Of a stretch of 64,000 nt of DNA, positions 1 through 12,365 are shown in pieces. A program made the translations under genes and the position numbers. Each line of letters opens with the position of its first letter. Positions within the stretch are counted from its first letter, which is position 1. The notes under the pieces were generated by a model. That model saw nothing but the letters and a program-made list of their open reading frames with translations, ran no database searches and was not told where the DNA came from. This DNA comes from Perna viridis (taxonomy: Eukaryota): the NCBI GenBank assembly GCA_037379345.1, contig CM074524.1, positions 19,154,750 to 19,218,749 of the forward strand, in the 5' to 3' direction.

Positions 1-1236
1 CTTTGTACTAGAGTTATTATTTTAGTGGTTCTTTAATCTTAAAATATTTAATTATTGTGTGTGGCTTACAGCATCAATGATGTGGGTGTTATTCCCTTTT
101 GTAATTCAGCAAGTTGAGCACCATATTTCAATATGTTATGCAATATTAAGTTTTGGCCTCATCTGTTGTCATTTAGGTGCCATAAGTTTCTTTCATGACT
201 GTATGCGTGTTTGTTTGCCACATGTTGAGTACTAGTCCACATGAAATTAAGACACTGCCAACAGTTCATGGTGTAAAAAAAACACCCAAAAACAAACAAT
301 GCTTTTTCATTTTTTTTTTTACATTTTTATGTAATGATAGCCCTTACTGTATTAAGATTTTGTATTTATGAGAAAATCATACATCCCACTTTTAATCAAC
401 TAAATCTAACCAAATCAAGAACCATAAATCTTGCAAAGTTCCAATTTCATACACTTTTTTTTCCAACAGCATATCAACCAATGAAAAAGTACGACTAAGT
501 ATACGATCAGTAACTGTTTCCGAAGTGAGTTCTATGGGTTTTGACATGCATGAATTGCCTCATATCTGATTTTAATATAGACTGCTTATTAAAATATTTC
601 TTCACAAAACTTTTGGAATCTGTTTTTTACTTGGTTTGCAGATTTAGCTTAATGGGTTGTACTGTGATAAAAATTTCAGACTCGATTGCCAAAACTTTAG
701 TTGCTTTAGGGTTTCACAACTTTTTGGTCCCAATCATCACAACAATCCTCCGAATATTTGTTTTAAGTGTAAGCTTAAGAAGGTGACATAAGATCATAAT
801 CATAATCCGAGGACCAAGACAAGACAAATTAACAGAACACCTGAAAAAAAAACCACACACACTCGAGGAGCAATACAGTTTATCTGGACATACAAACCAG
901 GTGGTGCACTGGCCATCAGGATCAACATCCTCTTGCTCTTCTAGAGTGCAAGACTCATGGTCATACATGTAAATTGCCTCATTCAGGTACTTAAGACTTT
1001 AATATTGGTAGTTACAGCTTCACCACTAAGGAAGCTGCATATATATAAAATCATTACACCTGGTAAACTCAGAATATTGTGGCTGAGTATGCATGTCTAT
1101 GAGCAGTTTGTTGCCTGTGTACAACTTATCATAATCTGGCTAAGTGTGTTTAGTCTGAGTCATACATAAAATATTTGAAATTACAGCAATAGAACGTTAA
1201 AACTACAATCAAAATTGCTCCAATGATGTCAAATCA

Positions 1237-1509
1237 AGTGTCATACTATATTTTGACCCCATGAATATTGACCAAAGGTCCATCATAGGAAAGGTTTGAC
1301 CCCTCTTATAATTAATACTTCCCTTGCATATTTCAAACCCCTATTCACTACAAATTGAATAAACATGGGGAGATTATAATGTTAACCACACTGCTCTGAT
1401 ATTAAACTTCACGTCCTTATGACAAACACCCCTGCAACAATAAATTAGCCCCCATAAATTGGGGGAGTATGTATTTATGAATGTCGGGGTCAAAATATCA
1501 TGTGACACC
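1237..1509. mobile_element. Non-autonomous DNA transposon (MITE) with ~23-bp terminal inverted repeats
   Basis: Left end gtgtcatactatattttgacccc is an imperfect inverted repeat of right end ggggtcaaaatatcatgtgacac; internal ttgacc(cc) sub-repeats; no ORF. Confidence 0.6.
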
Positions 1510-1660
1510 AAGTTAGAAGGAAACTAAGCGAACATATACACAGACAAGAAAACAGTGGACTCCCTTTTCTACAGAGCTTAGGAAAAAGGATCTGAAATCC
1601 ATAAAAAAAACAATGCAGCAGAGCAAACTCAGTATTTCCAGGCATTTAAAATACTGTTAA

Positions 1661-2350
1661 GGTTCAGCTAAAGTCAATATCTAGGACATTCCTTAATGAA
1701 ATGTTTCATTCATGGTTTTAATAATACATTAAATTTAGCACTGAAACATTGCTAAATGCATCTTTATATGTATATGACACACAAGCACAAGTCAAACTTA
1801 GGAACACGTTTTGTAACTTCTATACAACTTTACAACAAAAATGTATACAACATATTTTAGAATAAATCTACAGCGGTCAAAAACAAGAATTGATGTCTGA
1901 AATTCATATAGTTCTGTTCCTAAATGAATAATGCAGTGCAAGCTAGCAATAATTTATGACATATTGCCAGATTTGAATGAAAACTTAAATAATTTATGTT
2001 CATTGGTGTTGGTATTTAGCTGGATCATGGTATAAAATATCTCAATTCATCTAAATTTAAATTTTAATGCTAGCTTGCCCTGCATTAAACATATAGGAAC
2101 AGAACAATATGAATTTCTGACTTCAAATCTTGTTTTCGACAGTTGTAGATTTATTCTAAAATATGTTGTTTACATTTTTGTTGTTAATGTTATATAGAAG
2201 TTACAAAACATTTGTTCCTAAGTTTGACTTGTGTTTGTGTGTTATATACATATAAAGATGCATTTAGCAGTGCTTAATTTAAAGTATTCTAAGAACTATG
2301 AATGAAAACATTTCATTAAGGAATGTCCTAGATATTGACTTCAGCAAAAT
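1661..2350. mobile_element. Foldback/MITE with ~320-bp imperfect inverted arms, possibly Kolobok-like
   Basis: About 1661-1980 is the diverged reverse complement of about 2045-2345 (e.g. aagtcaatatctaggacattccttaatgaaatg vs catttcattaaggaatgtcctagatattgactt). Left end is TTAA|GG, as in Kolobok elements; right terminus is degraded. Confidence 0.75.
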
Positions 2351-2364
2351 TGAAGGTTTTGCTG

Positions 2365-2513
2365 GAGTTGCTCATTTACTTTTGTTACTTTGTATGTATG
2401 ATTTTAGTTACTTTGTTCTTTGTTGTGTATTTCTGTTTTCCATGTCTGGTCTTTGTCCCTGGATTACATTCTTTTGATTACCGCTATAACCTTGGTTCCC
2501 TTGATTACTCTTT
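2365..2513 (+). mobile_element. Penelope-like (Naiad-type) family A, 3' terminal fragment
   Basis: gagttgctcatttac...cttggttcccttgattactcttt matches the 3' end of the longer RT-bearing copies at 37112-37737 and 48309-48908. Confidence 0.85.
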
Positions 2514-3573
2514 CAAAAAACAAATAACTAGAACAAAATTATATCTGGATCTCATCAATATGCACCAGCATACAAAAAATCGCCTTTGGAGCAGGAGAAT
2601 ATAACAGCTTGTGGACCACAATATTACCTTTTAATCATCCATGAAAGCTGTTTGGTACCAAATAAATGTAAACTTAAAGAAATCAAGTAAGCACTGTCAG
2701 AATATGCCATATGCCCTCATATGTAAACTTCGGAAAAGTCAAGCCCTATAATACAAAATAAAGCACAAAATAAGAAATTAAAGGAGAGCGAGAAGTACTC
2801 CCCCACCCTTGCAAAAAAAAAAATGAAGTGCAAAAGTCTAATAATTCCTGTAAAATTTTACCTACAGTAATTGAAATGGCAGCACAATATGATCACCACA
2901 TATGGTGCCAAACAGTCCTACAAAATTCAAACAAAATACTTTCATGGTATGGGAGGAGTTGCATCCATAGTGGTCCTATAGTGCATCATGTACAAATTCC
3001 ATAACTCCTGTAAAATTTGTTGATTTGAAAGATCAACTACATGATGACTTACAATCCTACAAAATTTGAACAAAATCCAAGCGGCTTCCAAGAAGTTTTG
3101 TCAAGGCACAGAGAGACGCGTATTTTTCTGACCCCTTCCATGTGCCCCTTATAACTCAAACACCATAACGTAGGGGTTATCTGAAATTTCAAAGCCAACA
3201 AAACGTGACTGTAGGAGCAAATGCATGAAACAGTGATATAGATTTGTGATGCAATGATACTAAAACAGGTTGACCAAGCAAAATGGGTTGTCTTAAAATG
3301 ACATTATAAATGCGTACAGTACAGCTGAATATAAAGTTTATTTCACCAATAATTTATCTGAAAATAAGGAAAATGCCTGTTTCTGTCCCCTAATTCCTAA
3401 ACAGTGCAAGTATATCATCAATCCAAGCCTTTATATTGTGATTTTGGTACAACTTCAATGAGACGAATCCACTTTTACTCCACCAAAATCAGTTTTTCAG
3501 TGCAAAAGAAGTCACTCTCCTAAAAACTTAAATTTAATCAGCTCTCTAACAGTTGCATGTTGATAATCTTGAT

Positions 3574-3819
3574 ATCTGCACCATGAAAACTGATTTGTTC
3601 ATGGTGTCATAGTTTTCCCTTCCTCTTTTGTCTACCCTGAACTAGACTTTTTACAAGCAACTCAGCAGATGTTTCTAGAAAGCAGAGGATGCCTATCCTA
3701 CCGGTGCTCCTGGCAAATGCTCCCAGTTTTGTGTTTGTCTGTTTTCCATGTCTGGTCTTTGTCTCTGGATTACATTCCTTTAATTTCTACTATAATCTTG
3801 GTTCCCTTGGTTACTCTTT
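3574..3819 (+). mobile_element. Penelope-like family A 3' fragment with internal deletion
   Basis: RT C-terminus ICTMKTDLF plus 3'UTR; lacks the segment between cccagtttt and gtgtttgtctg; ends ttggttactcttt. Confidence 0.8.
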
Positions 3820-3906
3820 CATCATCTCCAAAGAAATAATTTAAACCAGTCATAACTGAGAGAAAAATCTATATGTACACATGTATGGAAATGTGCTTTG
3901 ATTATT

Positions 3907-4028
3907 CTGTAAATCAGAAGAGGGTTAAGGGGGTTGGCACCCCTCCTTTTTGTGTAAAAATGGCAAATAATGTCCTAGTATCCCCCTTTACTGAGGAACC
4001 TTTTCGAAGTGCCTTGATTCACACCTGG
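3907..4028. mobile_element. Short non-autonomous DNA element (hAT-like MITE), related copy at 27145-27326
   Basis: Shares gcacccctc, aatggcaaataatg(t/c)cctag, ctgaggaa and cttgattcac blocks with 27145-27326. Confidence 0.5.
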
Positions 4029-4072
4029 TAATTGAGTTTGCCTTTACCAATACAGTGACACAATGTGATACA

Positions 4073-4208
4073 TGCAGGTAACGAGGATCCAAGCAATCAT
4101 ACCACTTGCAGGTAACGAGGATCCAAGCAATCATACCACTTGCAGGTAATGAGGATCCAAGCAATCATACCACTTGCAGGTAACGAGGATCCAAGCAATC
4201 ATACCACT
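4073..4208. repeat. Minisatellite, 34 bp x 4
   Basis: Unit tgcaggtaacgaggatccaagcaatcataccact starts at 4073, 4107, 4141 and 4175; one substitution in the third copy; no spacers. Confidence 0.95.
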
Positions 4209-5046
4209 TTCATAAAGTACATTTTATTACAAATATACAATTATAAAAAAAGAAGTTTAAAAAAAAACACATATGTACAGGATGTGAACAGGCCTTCAAG
4301 GTCTAAAAAATTAGTCATTTGAAATACTTACTTTTTTTTGCAAGATTCAAATACTTGTTTGGGGGGGTGTGTGTGTGTGTGTTGGGGTGTTAGCCAACGA
4401 AAAAAAAGATGAATATTTATAATAAGTCATAATGATAATTAATAATATGAAGAAAAGTGATTTTTTCAGGGGAATAGTAAGAAATATGGGAAATAGAGGA
4501 CTGCTTGAAGGCCTGTGTACAATACAATTCCAAAATATAATTCCAAAACAAAAATATAAATTAAAATATATTTACAATAGAAAATTATAAATTCACCCTA
4601 TGACAGTCTGTCACAGATAATAATTCAAAGAGGTGTAAAACTGACTGTTACGTTTATTACAAGGGTAAAGCGAGGACAAAACACGAACTGATATGCTTCA
4701 GAATTCCCAGCCACCCCCAACCCACTGCTAAATTACTGCTGCATTCCAGGGGACCTTTCCAACCTACATGTATAGACAATATCACCAAAGCCTAGCTATC
4801 ACCAATTTCAAGAATTATGTCCCCTAACCTAGGTCTATCTCCTTAAATACGTACATAAAAAAGGTGGGTGCAGGCACTAAATGTGCAGCAATTCAAAATC
4901 TCATGGAAATTCTTTCATTTACACTTCATTTTTTCTACCAATGCCCCTGCATACAATGGCTGGTACAATAAATTCAACCCCCCGTCACCTTAGTTTGTTA
5001 TGCTAGTCTAGCTCCTACAGGTCAACTGTGCCTATGTAAACTTGTT

Positions 5047-5430
5047 CAGAAACTATGATTTTGGCTAGTAGGCTGATACAGAAACTAGGATTTAGGCTAG
5101 TAAGCTGATACAGAAACTATAATTTAGGCTAGTAGGCTGATACAGAAACTAGGATTTAGGCTAGTAGACTGATACACAAACTATAATTTAGGCTAGTAGG
5201 CTGATACAGAAACTAGGATTTAGGCTAGTAAGCTGATACAGAAACTATAATTTAGGCTAGTAGGCTGATACAGAAACTAAGATTTAGGCTAGTAGACTGA
5301 TACACAAACTATAATTTAGGCTAGTAGACTGATACACAAACTAGGATTTAGGCTAGTAAACTGATACAGGAACTATAATTTAGGCTAGTAGACTGATACA
5401 GAAACTATAATGTAGGCTAGTAGACTGATA
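5047..5430. repeat. Minisatellite, 32 bp x 12, with dimer/tetramer higher-order structure
   Basis: Consensus cagaaacta(ta/gg)atttaggctagta(gg/ga/ag)ctgata with exact 32-bp period from 5047. Confidence 0.95.
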
Positions 5431-6200
5431 AGGTACAATGTTAGAGTAAAGACTAACTGTTTTATCCGCTTTGACAGGATTGAAAAGTTAACTATGCATG
5501 TATGACTAAGCTTTTCTGCGGAGGGCAATTTTTCAAAGAAATAAAAAGATAATATTGAAATTGTTCATGGAACAGTACAAACACAAGTTAGCGAAGATTT
5601 TGCCTTAACTTTTGGCTCAATGCATTACATGTCAAAATTAAGAGATCCTATCATTGTCACATAAAATCCTATTATATAACTTATTCCAAAACTCATCTAC
5701 TTCCAACTTCAAGCCATAAAATTAAGATTTTGAGCAGATTTATTTGGATAAAGGGGTACACAACACATTGGGGAAATAACACTACGAGTTATTTTACATA
5801 GTGACATTCTGATATCAAACATAAAGCATCTTAGTGATCCAAAGTTTTTTTTTCCAAGTAGCTTTTACATGCTCATTGAAATTATTCCTATGAACCATGT
5901 GGTAAAAAGTTCTAGTTATTTGTAGCTTCTTTTATCAAAAATAAAGCACTGAATAAAATTTCAAGAAGTTTTATTTACTATACCGAAACAATAATTACAC
6001 TGGTACTAGGTTTTCATAATGCTGTCTGTATGTCTGTTTGAAATATGAATATTCATATGGAAGTTATAAATGCATTACTATCTAGGATTACTATCAATAA
6101 AACAAGAAAAACTGAGAAAGTCCCCTTCCCAACTTCAAATGGCCATCTCTGTAAAATTTTGCAGGATTATCTCCCTTTGGCATCATCCAACAGTAATTAT

Positions 6201-6346
6201 TGTGCTGTATCACTTAAGGAAAGATAACTATCATAACTATGTATAGTATCATCATCATTATCTCCCTTGTATCAACAGGAAATATAGAATATACATGTCT
6301 ACCTTCAATGGTTTTGTTTATTTTGGGTTTAATCCCGAGTTTCCCC
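6201..6346 (+). repeat. 5' LTR (3'-truncated)
   Basis: Roughly 90% identical by eye to 9424-9571; similarity stops after gagtttcccc. Confidence 0.92.
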
Positions 6347-9196
6347 GAGGAAATTATGGGAGGATTTAAAACGTCAACGAATAAACTGTAAGTCAAGGAT
6401 GTCTTCCAAAAAAATTTATGTGCATGGCAGCGATAAGCCATTAACTGTTGCTGGTAGTTTTACTACAGATATGCATATAAATGACCATTCATTAAACGCT
6501 GAATTTTTTGTAATTGAGGAAAACGAACAGGCTTTGCTTGGACATAAGACAGCTGTACAGTTGGGTATTGTACAAATTCATCCCAATCAGGCCTTTACAT
6601 AAATTAATGCTGTACATGAGAATGACTTTAACGGGGCAATGGTCCACAAGTTTCCAAATGTTTTTCAGGGAATTGGAAAATTGAAGGATTTTCAGCTGAA
6701 AATTCCAATCAAAGAATCTGTATAACCAGTTATCCAGCCACTACATCGTGTGCCATACAATTTACGAAACAAATTAGACGAAAAACTAGTCGAGCTTGAG
6801 AAACTGGACATTATAGAGAAAGTCAAGACCAAGTAAACAGGTTTTGCCAATTGTTGTAGTACCAAAGAAAAATAACGAAATACGCATTTGCGTCGATATG
6901 CACCGTGCAAATACAGCAGTCATTCGTGAAAGGTACCCCATAGCAACTGTAGACGAGTTGTACATGGCTCATCTGAAGTAGAACACAAGCAAAATTTAGA
7001 AGCTGTGTCAAGTCACCTGCAGTCTGAAGGAATGACACTTAATGCAGACACATGCCACTTTAACATGGAGAAAATAGAATTTATGGGATACGTCTTATCA
7101 GAGCATGGAATTGGTGTGGTGGAAACCAAAGTACAGGCTATTCGTAATGCAAGAGTACCACAGTCTGTAGCTGAAGTCCGTAGTTTTTTTGGACTTGTGA
7201 ATTTTACAGGCCGATTTATTCCTAACATGGCAACCATTGCAGAACCGTTGACTCTTGCGTAAAGATCAGTCATTTGTCTGGAACAAGGACCAAAATGACG
7301 CGTTCAAGAAACTGAAAGACTGCCTAGCAAATGCATCAACTTTGGCTTACTTTGATGTGAATGCCAAGACTCAAGTTATAGCAGATGCCAGCCCAGTCGC
7401 TTTAGGATCTGTACAAGAACAACAAAGGAAAAACAGGATCATTAATTATGTAAGTAGGTCTCTCACGGACATAGAAAGGAGATATGCACAAACCAAGAAG
7501 GAAGCACTGAGCTTAGTATGGGCATGCAAAAGATTTCACATGTATCTGATGGGCAAGACTTTCGAACTTTTGACTGATAATAAGCCATTGAGTTTATCTT
7601 TTCGCCTAAGTCAAAACTGTGTGCCGGAGTGGAAAGATGGCTATTCCGAATGCAAAATTACAATTTTACTGTCAGACATATCCCTGGAAAAGAAAACATA
7701 GCAGATGAATTATCAAGAATGTTATCGCTTGAGAAATCAAACAAAACGTCTAATGACACCAAGGAGTACTTGCACATGATTGCAAATGAGGCTGCACCAG
7801 TAGCCATAAGAATCAGTGACATCGAGGAAGCCTCGATTGAGGATGACGATTTCAAGGACATTTGTCAGTGCCTTGTATCAGGAAAATGGTATACTTTGAA
7901 CAACAAGGACTATTTGACAGTTAAGTCAGAATTGAGTGCAGTTGGAAATTTAATTCTGCATGGAACATGAATCATTATACAGAAAGAATTGTGTCAACAG
8001 ATATTGGCACTTGGACATGAGTGGCATCCCGGTATAGTCGTCATGAAACAACGTTTGTGTTCAAAAGTTTGGTGGCCAAAAATAGACACCAATATCGAAC
8101 AGTGGTGTAAATCATGTTATGGCTGTCAAATGGTTTCACTGTCTGAGAAACCCGAACCGATGTGTAGGACAAAATTACCATCCCGTCCGTGGGAACATTT
8201 ATCAGCTGACTTTTTAGGACCATTACCGTCTAGTGATTATATTTTTGCACTAGTGGATTATTATTCCAGGTGGACTGAACTAGCTATACTCAGATCAATT
8301 ACTTCAGAGAAAGCAATTGAAACTATGAACAAGATATTCACAACACATGGACTCTCTATTTCTGTGACAACAGACAATGGACCCCAGTTCATTAGTGAAC
8401 AATTCAAACAGTACTGTAACAACAATGGAATTATGCACTGTTGTGGCCGCAAGCCAATGGTGAAATGGAAAGACGAAACCAATCGATATTGAAACGTCTA
8501 AGAATCGCAAGTTGAGAAGACTGGAAATCCGAAATTCAGATATATTTGTTGATGTACAAATCGACTCTGCATTCAACAACAGGAAAAAGCCCTGTGGAAC
8601 TTCTATTCGGTCGAACAATTAGAACCAAAATACTTGATATTCAGAAATACACTGATGATCATCATGAAATCCGTGACAAAGACACCGAGAAAAAAGAAAA
8701 GGAGAAAGTGTATGCTGACAGTAAACGTAGAGCTGCATCAAATGATATTACACCAGGAGATCGTGTGTTGATGAAGAGGAATAAAGAAAACAAGTTATCT
8801 GCGAATTATCATCCGAATCCGTTGAAAGTTCTGGAGAAAAATGGAAATAGTATTCTCTTAGAATCACAAGATGGTGTGCGTTACAAAAGGAATATCACTC
8901 ATGTGAAGAAATTTGTAGAATCGAAAGAAAGTTCAAATGTGTCAAATGAAAAATTAGTTGATGATTGTGAATATAAGCAAAATAAAAGTCAAAGTGTGTC
9001 AAATGAAAATTCAGTTGTATATGAAAATAATGTACCTAATGAGGAATTAGAAGCAAATAATGAAAATGTCGAAATCGAAAATTTTAGTGTTCAGGATAGC
9101 AACGATTCACAAAACGCGACCGAAACACCAGAAAGATCCAACCGTCCTATTAGACGAGTCATGCCGGCCAAGTTCAAGGACTACATTATGTCATAA
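6347..9196 (+). pseudogene. Gypsy pol remnant (protease C-half, partial RT, RNase H, integrase) with stops and frameshifts
   Basis: Motifs IRICVDMHRAN, IEFMGY, FFGLVNF (RT); ADASPVALG, ERRYAQTKKEAL (RNase H); GHEWHPG..WWP..CKSCYGC (IN zinc finger); DFLGP, VDYYSRW, TDNGPQF (DDE core). Split over several ORFs. Confidence 0.93.
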
Positions 9197-9423
9197 ATTT
9201 TCAATTTTGTACAGTTGAGTTGTTTTGAAATTAAAAATGACAGTATTTTGAACACAGACAGTAAAATTAATTTTTCTAGTCAATTTAGTCATTCTAGTCA
9301 AATTTGTTTAATCGTTCTAGTTCAGAAAGATTTTTTTTTTATTAATAAGTTTATTCTAAGATACATTTTGTTTAAATTTGAATTTGGAAATTTTATAACT
9401 TTAATTTGGAAATAGGGAAGGGA

Positions 9424-9587
9424 TGTACTGTATCACTTGAAGAAAAAGAACTCTATCATAACTATGTATAGTAACATCATTGTTATCTCCCTTGTATCAA
9501 CCGAAAATATAGAATATATATGTATACCTTCAACGGTTTTGTTTACTTTGGGTTTAATCCCGAGTTTCCCCTAGCATAGACATTACA
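9424..9587 (+). repeat. 3' LTR (164 bp, complete)
   Basis: tgtactgtatcac...gacattaca, preceded by PPT and followed by TSD. Confidence 0.92.
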
Positions 9588-9834
9588 ATTATACTAGTTT
9601 AGGCACATCTACATGACACCCAACTCCTCTGAAGTTTCATTAAAGTGCCTAGAGCAGTTTAGGAGGAGTTGCACTTACATCCTTAATTTGGATTATCTCC
9701 AAAAAACAGCTTTTAAATAAAAGTTTGATTAAAAAAAAAAACAATAGTGAAAAAAAATCTTTAAAAGACCATTGAATCATTTGTACCCCAAAGTCTTAAG
9801 GTATCAAAACTAGTGGGATATATATATATATACC

Positions 9835-12365
9835 AATGAGTTCACAATAATAAGAGAGTTTCGTAGGAATTATCCTAGATTTCATCTTGGCTCAAATCTT
9901 GACATTTATAGATACCAAAAAAAGGGGTCAAGAAAAAAAAGAAAAGACACATAAAAATGAAGCTTTTAATTTTGTATTCTGGTTTTTAAACTTTTTCCAT
10001 TAAAATATCAATTTTTTTTTTACAAAAGTCCAGAAGGAAGGCTTATTTCTTTTTAACATGAAGAGGTATTGACAAAATTTAGAAACATTGAAAATTGCCT
10101 GCCAACATAGAGAGGGTTATAAAAATAAAAGATAGACATATGAAGAGGGCTTCAAATTTTGTATTTTTTTTCTTTTTTTGGAAGAAGGTACCGTATTAAT
10201 ATTTGTTTTTCAAAATCAAAGATCAAAAGGGGGAGATAATTTTTATCACATTGTGGAAGAACGGTCTTATTGTTTAATTTTAATAGTAGATGAACACAAG
10301 GCAAGATAAAAGGAGTTGCTTTCAAAGATAGATAGGAATCTAACAACCCTAATCAGTTAGCCTTGGTGTACCAGGTGATCACAGAGTGGCAGTACTTAAA
10401 GCTAACTGAGCAATAGGTATCTACTGTGATAACCTGGTAACCCAAAGGGCTATCAGCAGATCAGACTGGTGTTTTTGGATTCCCGAATTCCATCAGCACC
10501 ACCTTCTTTCGACCTTGTTTCATGCCAACTAAACTTCAAAGTGATATTTGCCCCATAACTCGAAATGTAACAGATATCTGAAATTTGAATGAAAAACGCT
10601 GGCAGGGATTTTCATGAAGAATCTGAGAAAAAATACATAAAATTAGACCAAAAATATACTAGAAAAACGAGTTAGTGATAACCCCCAATTCCCTTGAAAG
10701 AGGCCAAAGCAAACAAAAGAATTCAAATGGAAAAACAAAAGAGAATGTGCACAACGAATGGTACCATGTGATAGAAACTGAATATTTCATCAAATTCCAT
10801 TCATCCAATATATAAAAAAGTTGGGAATTAGAATAGAGTAGGTGACATTATCATATGTTTCATTTTGGCTCAAAATCTGTTGTTAGGAACCAGTTATTTA
10901 TTGTGAAAAGTAGGGTCTTTCTGGGGTAAAAATATCAGGCACATAAAGGGGGCTTTTAATTTTGTATTCTTGTTTTTAAACTATTTCCAATTTAAAGATT
11001 TAAAGGAAGGGATGAAATTCTATAAAAGTCAAAAAGAAGAGCTTGTTTTTTTTTTTTCGCATGGAGGGGTGTTGAGAATTGAGAACACTGAAAATTGCCT
11101 GCCAACAAAGAGGGGTTATAAAAGGGTAAAATATATAAAGTGGGGCTTTGAATTTTGTTTCCTAATTTTTATAGGAGGCATAATTTTTTTTTTTTTCAAA
11201 ATTAAAGATAAAAAGGGGGAGATAAATTTCATCAATATCTGGAAGAAAGGTCTTATTGGTTAAACCTTAAAAGTAGATGTGCACGAGGGCAAGATAAAAG
11301 AGATGCTTTCAAAAATAGACAGGAATCTAACAACACTAATCTGTTAGCCTTGGTGTACCAAGTGCATATAGAGTGATAGTGCTTATGAAGCCAACTGAGC
11401 AATAGGTATCTACCAATGTGATAACCTGGTACCCCAAGGGCTATCAGCAGATCAGACTAGTGTTTTTGGATTCCTGACTTCCATGAATACCATCTCCTTA
11501 TGACCTTGTTTCATGCCAAGTAACTGTAATATTTGGCCCTTGCTAACTGGAAATGTAAGAGTTATCTGAAATTTGAATGAAAAATGCTGGTAGGGATTTT
11601 CATAAAGAATCAAAGAAAAATACATAAAAATTAGACCAAAAATAAACTAGAAAAGCTTTGATTTAGTGATATCTACAATCCCTTGAAAGAGGCCACAGAA
11701 AATAAAAATTCAAATGGAATAACAAAATAGAAAGTGCACAATGGCACCATGTGATAACAAAAATGTAAAAATATCATCAAATTTCATTCATCAATTATAT
11801 AAAAGTTGTGGATTAGAGGAGACTAGGGAAAATATCCTAGATTTAATTTTGGCTAAGATTTGTCGTTTATAAGGGACCAGTTATTTTCAGGGGGAAATAG
11901 GGTCTTGATATTTTGGGTAACCAAAAGACAGGAAGAGGGGTCTAGAAAAAATCAGGCACATAAAGGGGGCTTTTAATTATGTTTTCTGGTTTTTCAAATT
12001 TTTTCCAATTAAAACATTAAAAAGGAGGGATGAAATTTTATAGAAGTCCAGAAGGAGGGTTTGTTTTTTAATTGAGGGCTGTTGAAAAACTTGAGAACAT
12101 TGAAAACTGCCTGCCAACAAAGAGGGATATAAACAAAAGTAAGATATACACAGGGGGCTTTGAAATTTGTTTTCTTTTTTAATAAGTATTTTTTTTTTAA
12201 ATCAAAGATCAAAAGGGGGAGATAATTTTTTTTTCAAATTCTGTAAGGAAGGCCTATTGGTTAAGCCTTAAAAGTAGATGCGCACAAGGCATGATAAAAT
12301 GAGATGCTTTCAAAGGTAGACAGGAATCTGACAAGCCTAATCTGTTAGCCTTGGTGTACCATATG
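9835..12365. repeat. Diverged ~1-kb tandem array (2 full units plus 1 partial; extra fragment near 13490-13750)
   Basis: Anchor agccttggtgtacc at about 10359, 11346 and 12347; anchor gcttttaatt at about 9962, 10952 and 11969; cagcagatcagact also recurs near 13503. Confidence 0.85.

Larger units (their letters stand above)
6201..9587 (+). mobile_element. Ty3/Gypsy LTR retrotransposon, internally deleted and degenerate
   Basis: Starts TGT (6201), ends ACA (9587); 5-bp TSD ATTAT at 6196-6200 and 9588-9592; purine-rich PPT aatagggaaggga 9411-9423 abuts the 3' LTR; pol order PR-RT-RNaseH-IN. Confidence 0.95.

Noticed and set aside
4073-5430. 34-bp and 32-bp repeats as CRISPR arrays
   Set aside because: Head-to-tail units with no unique spacers, no cas genes, eukaryotic context.
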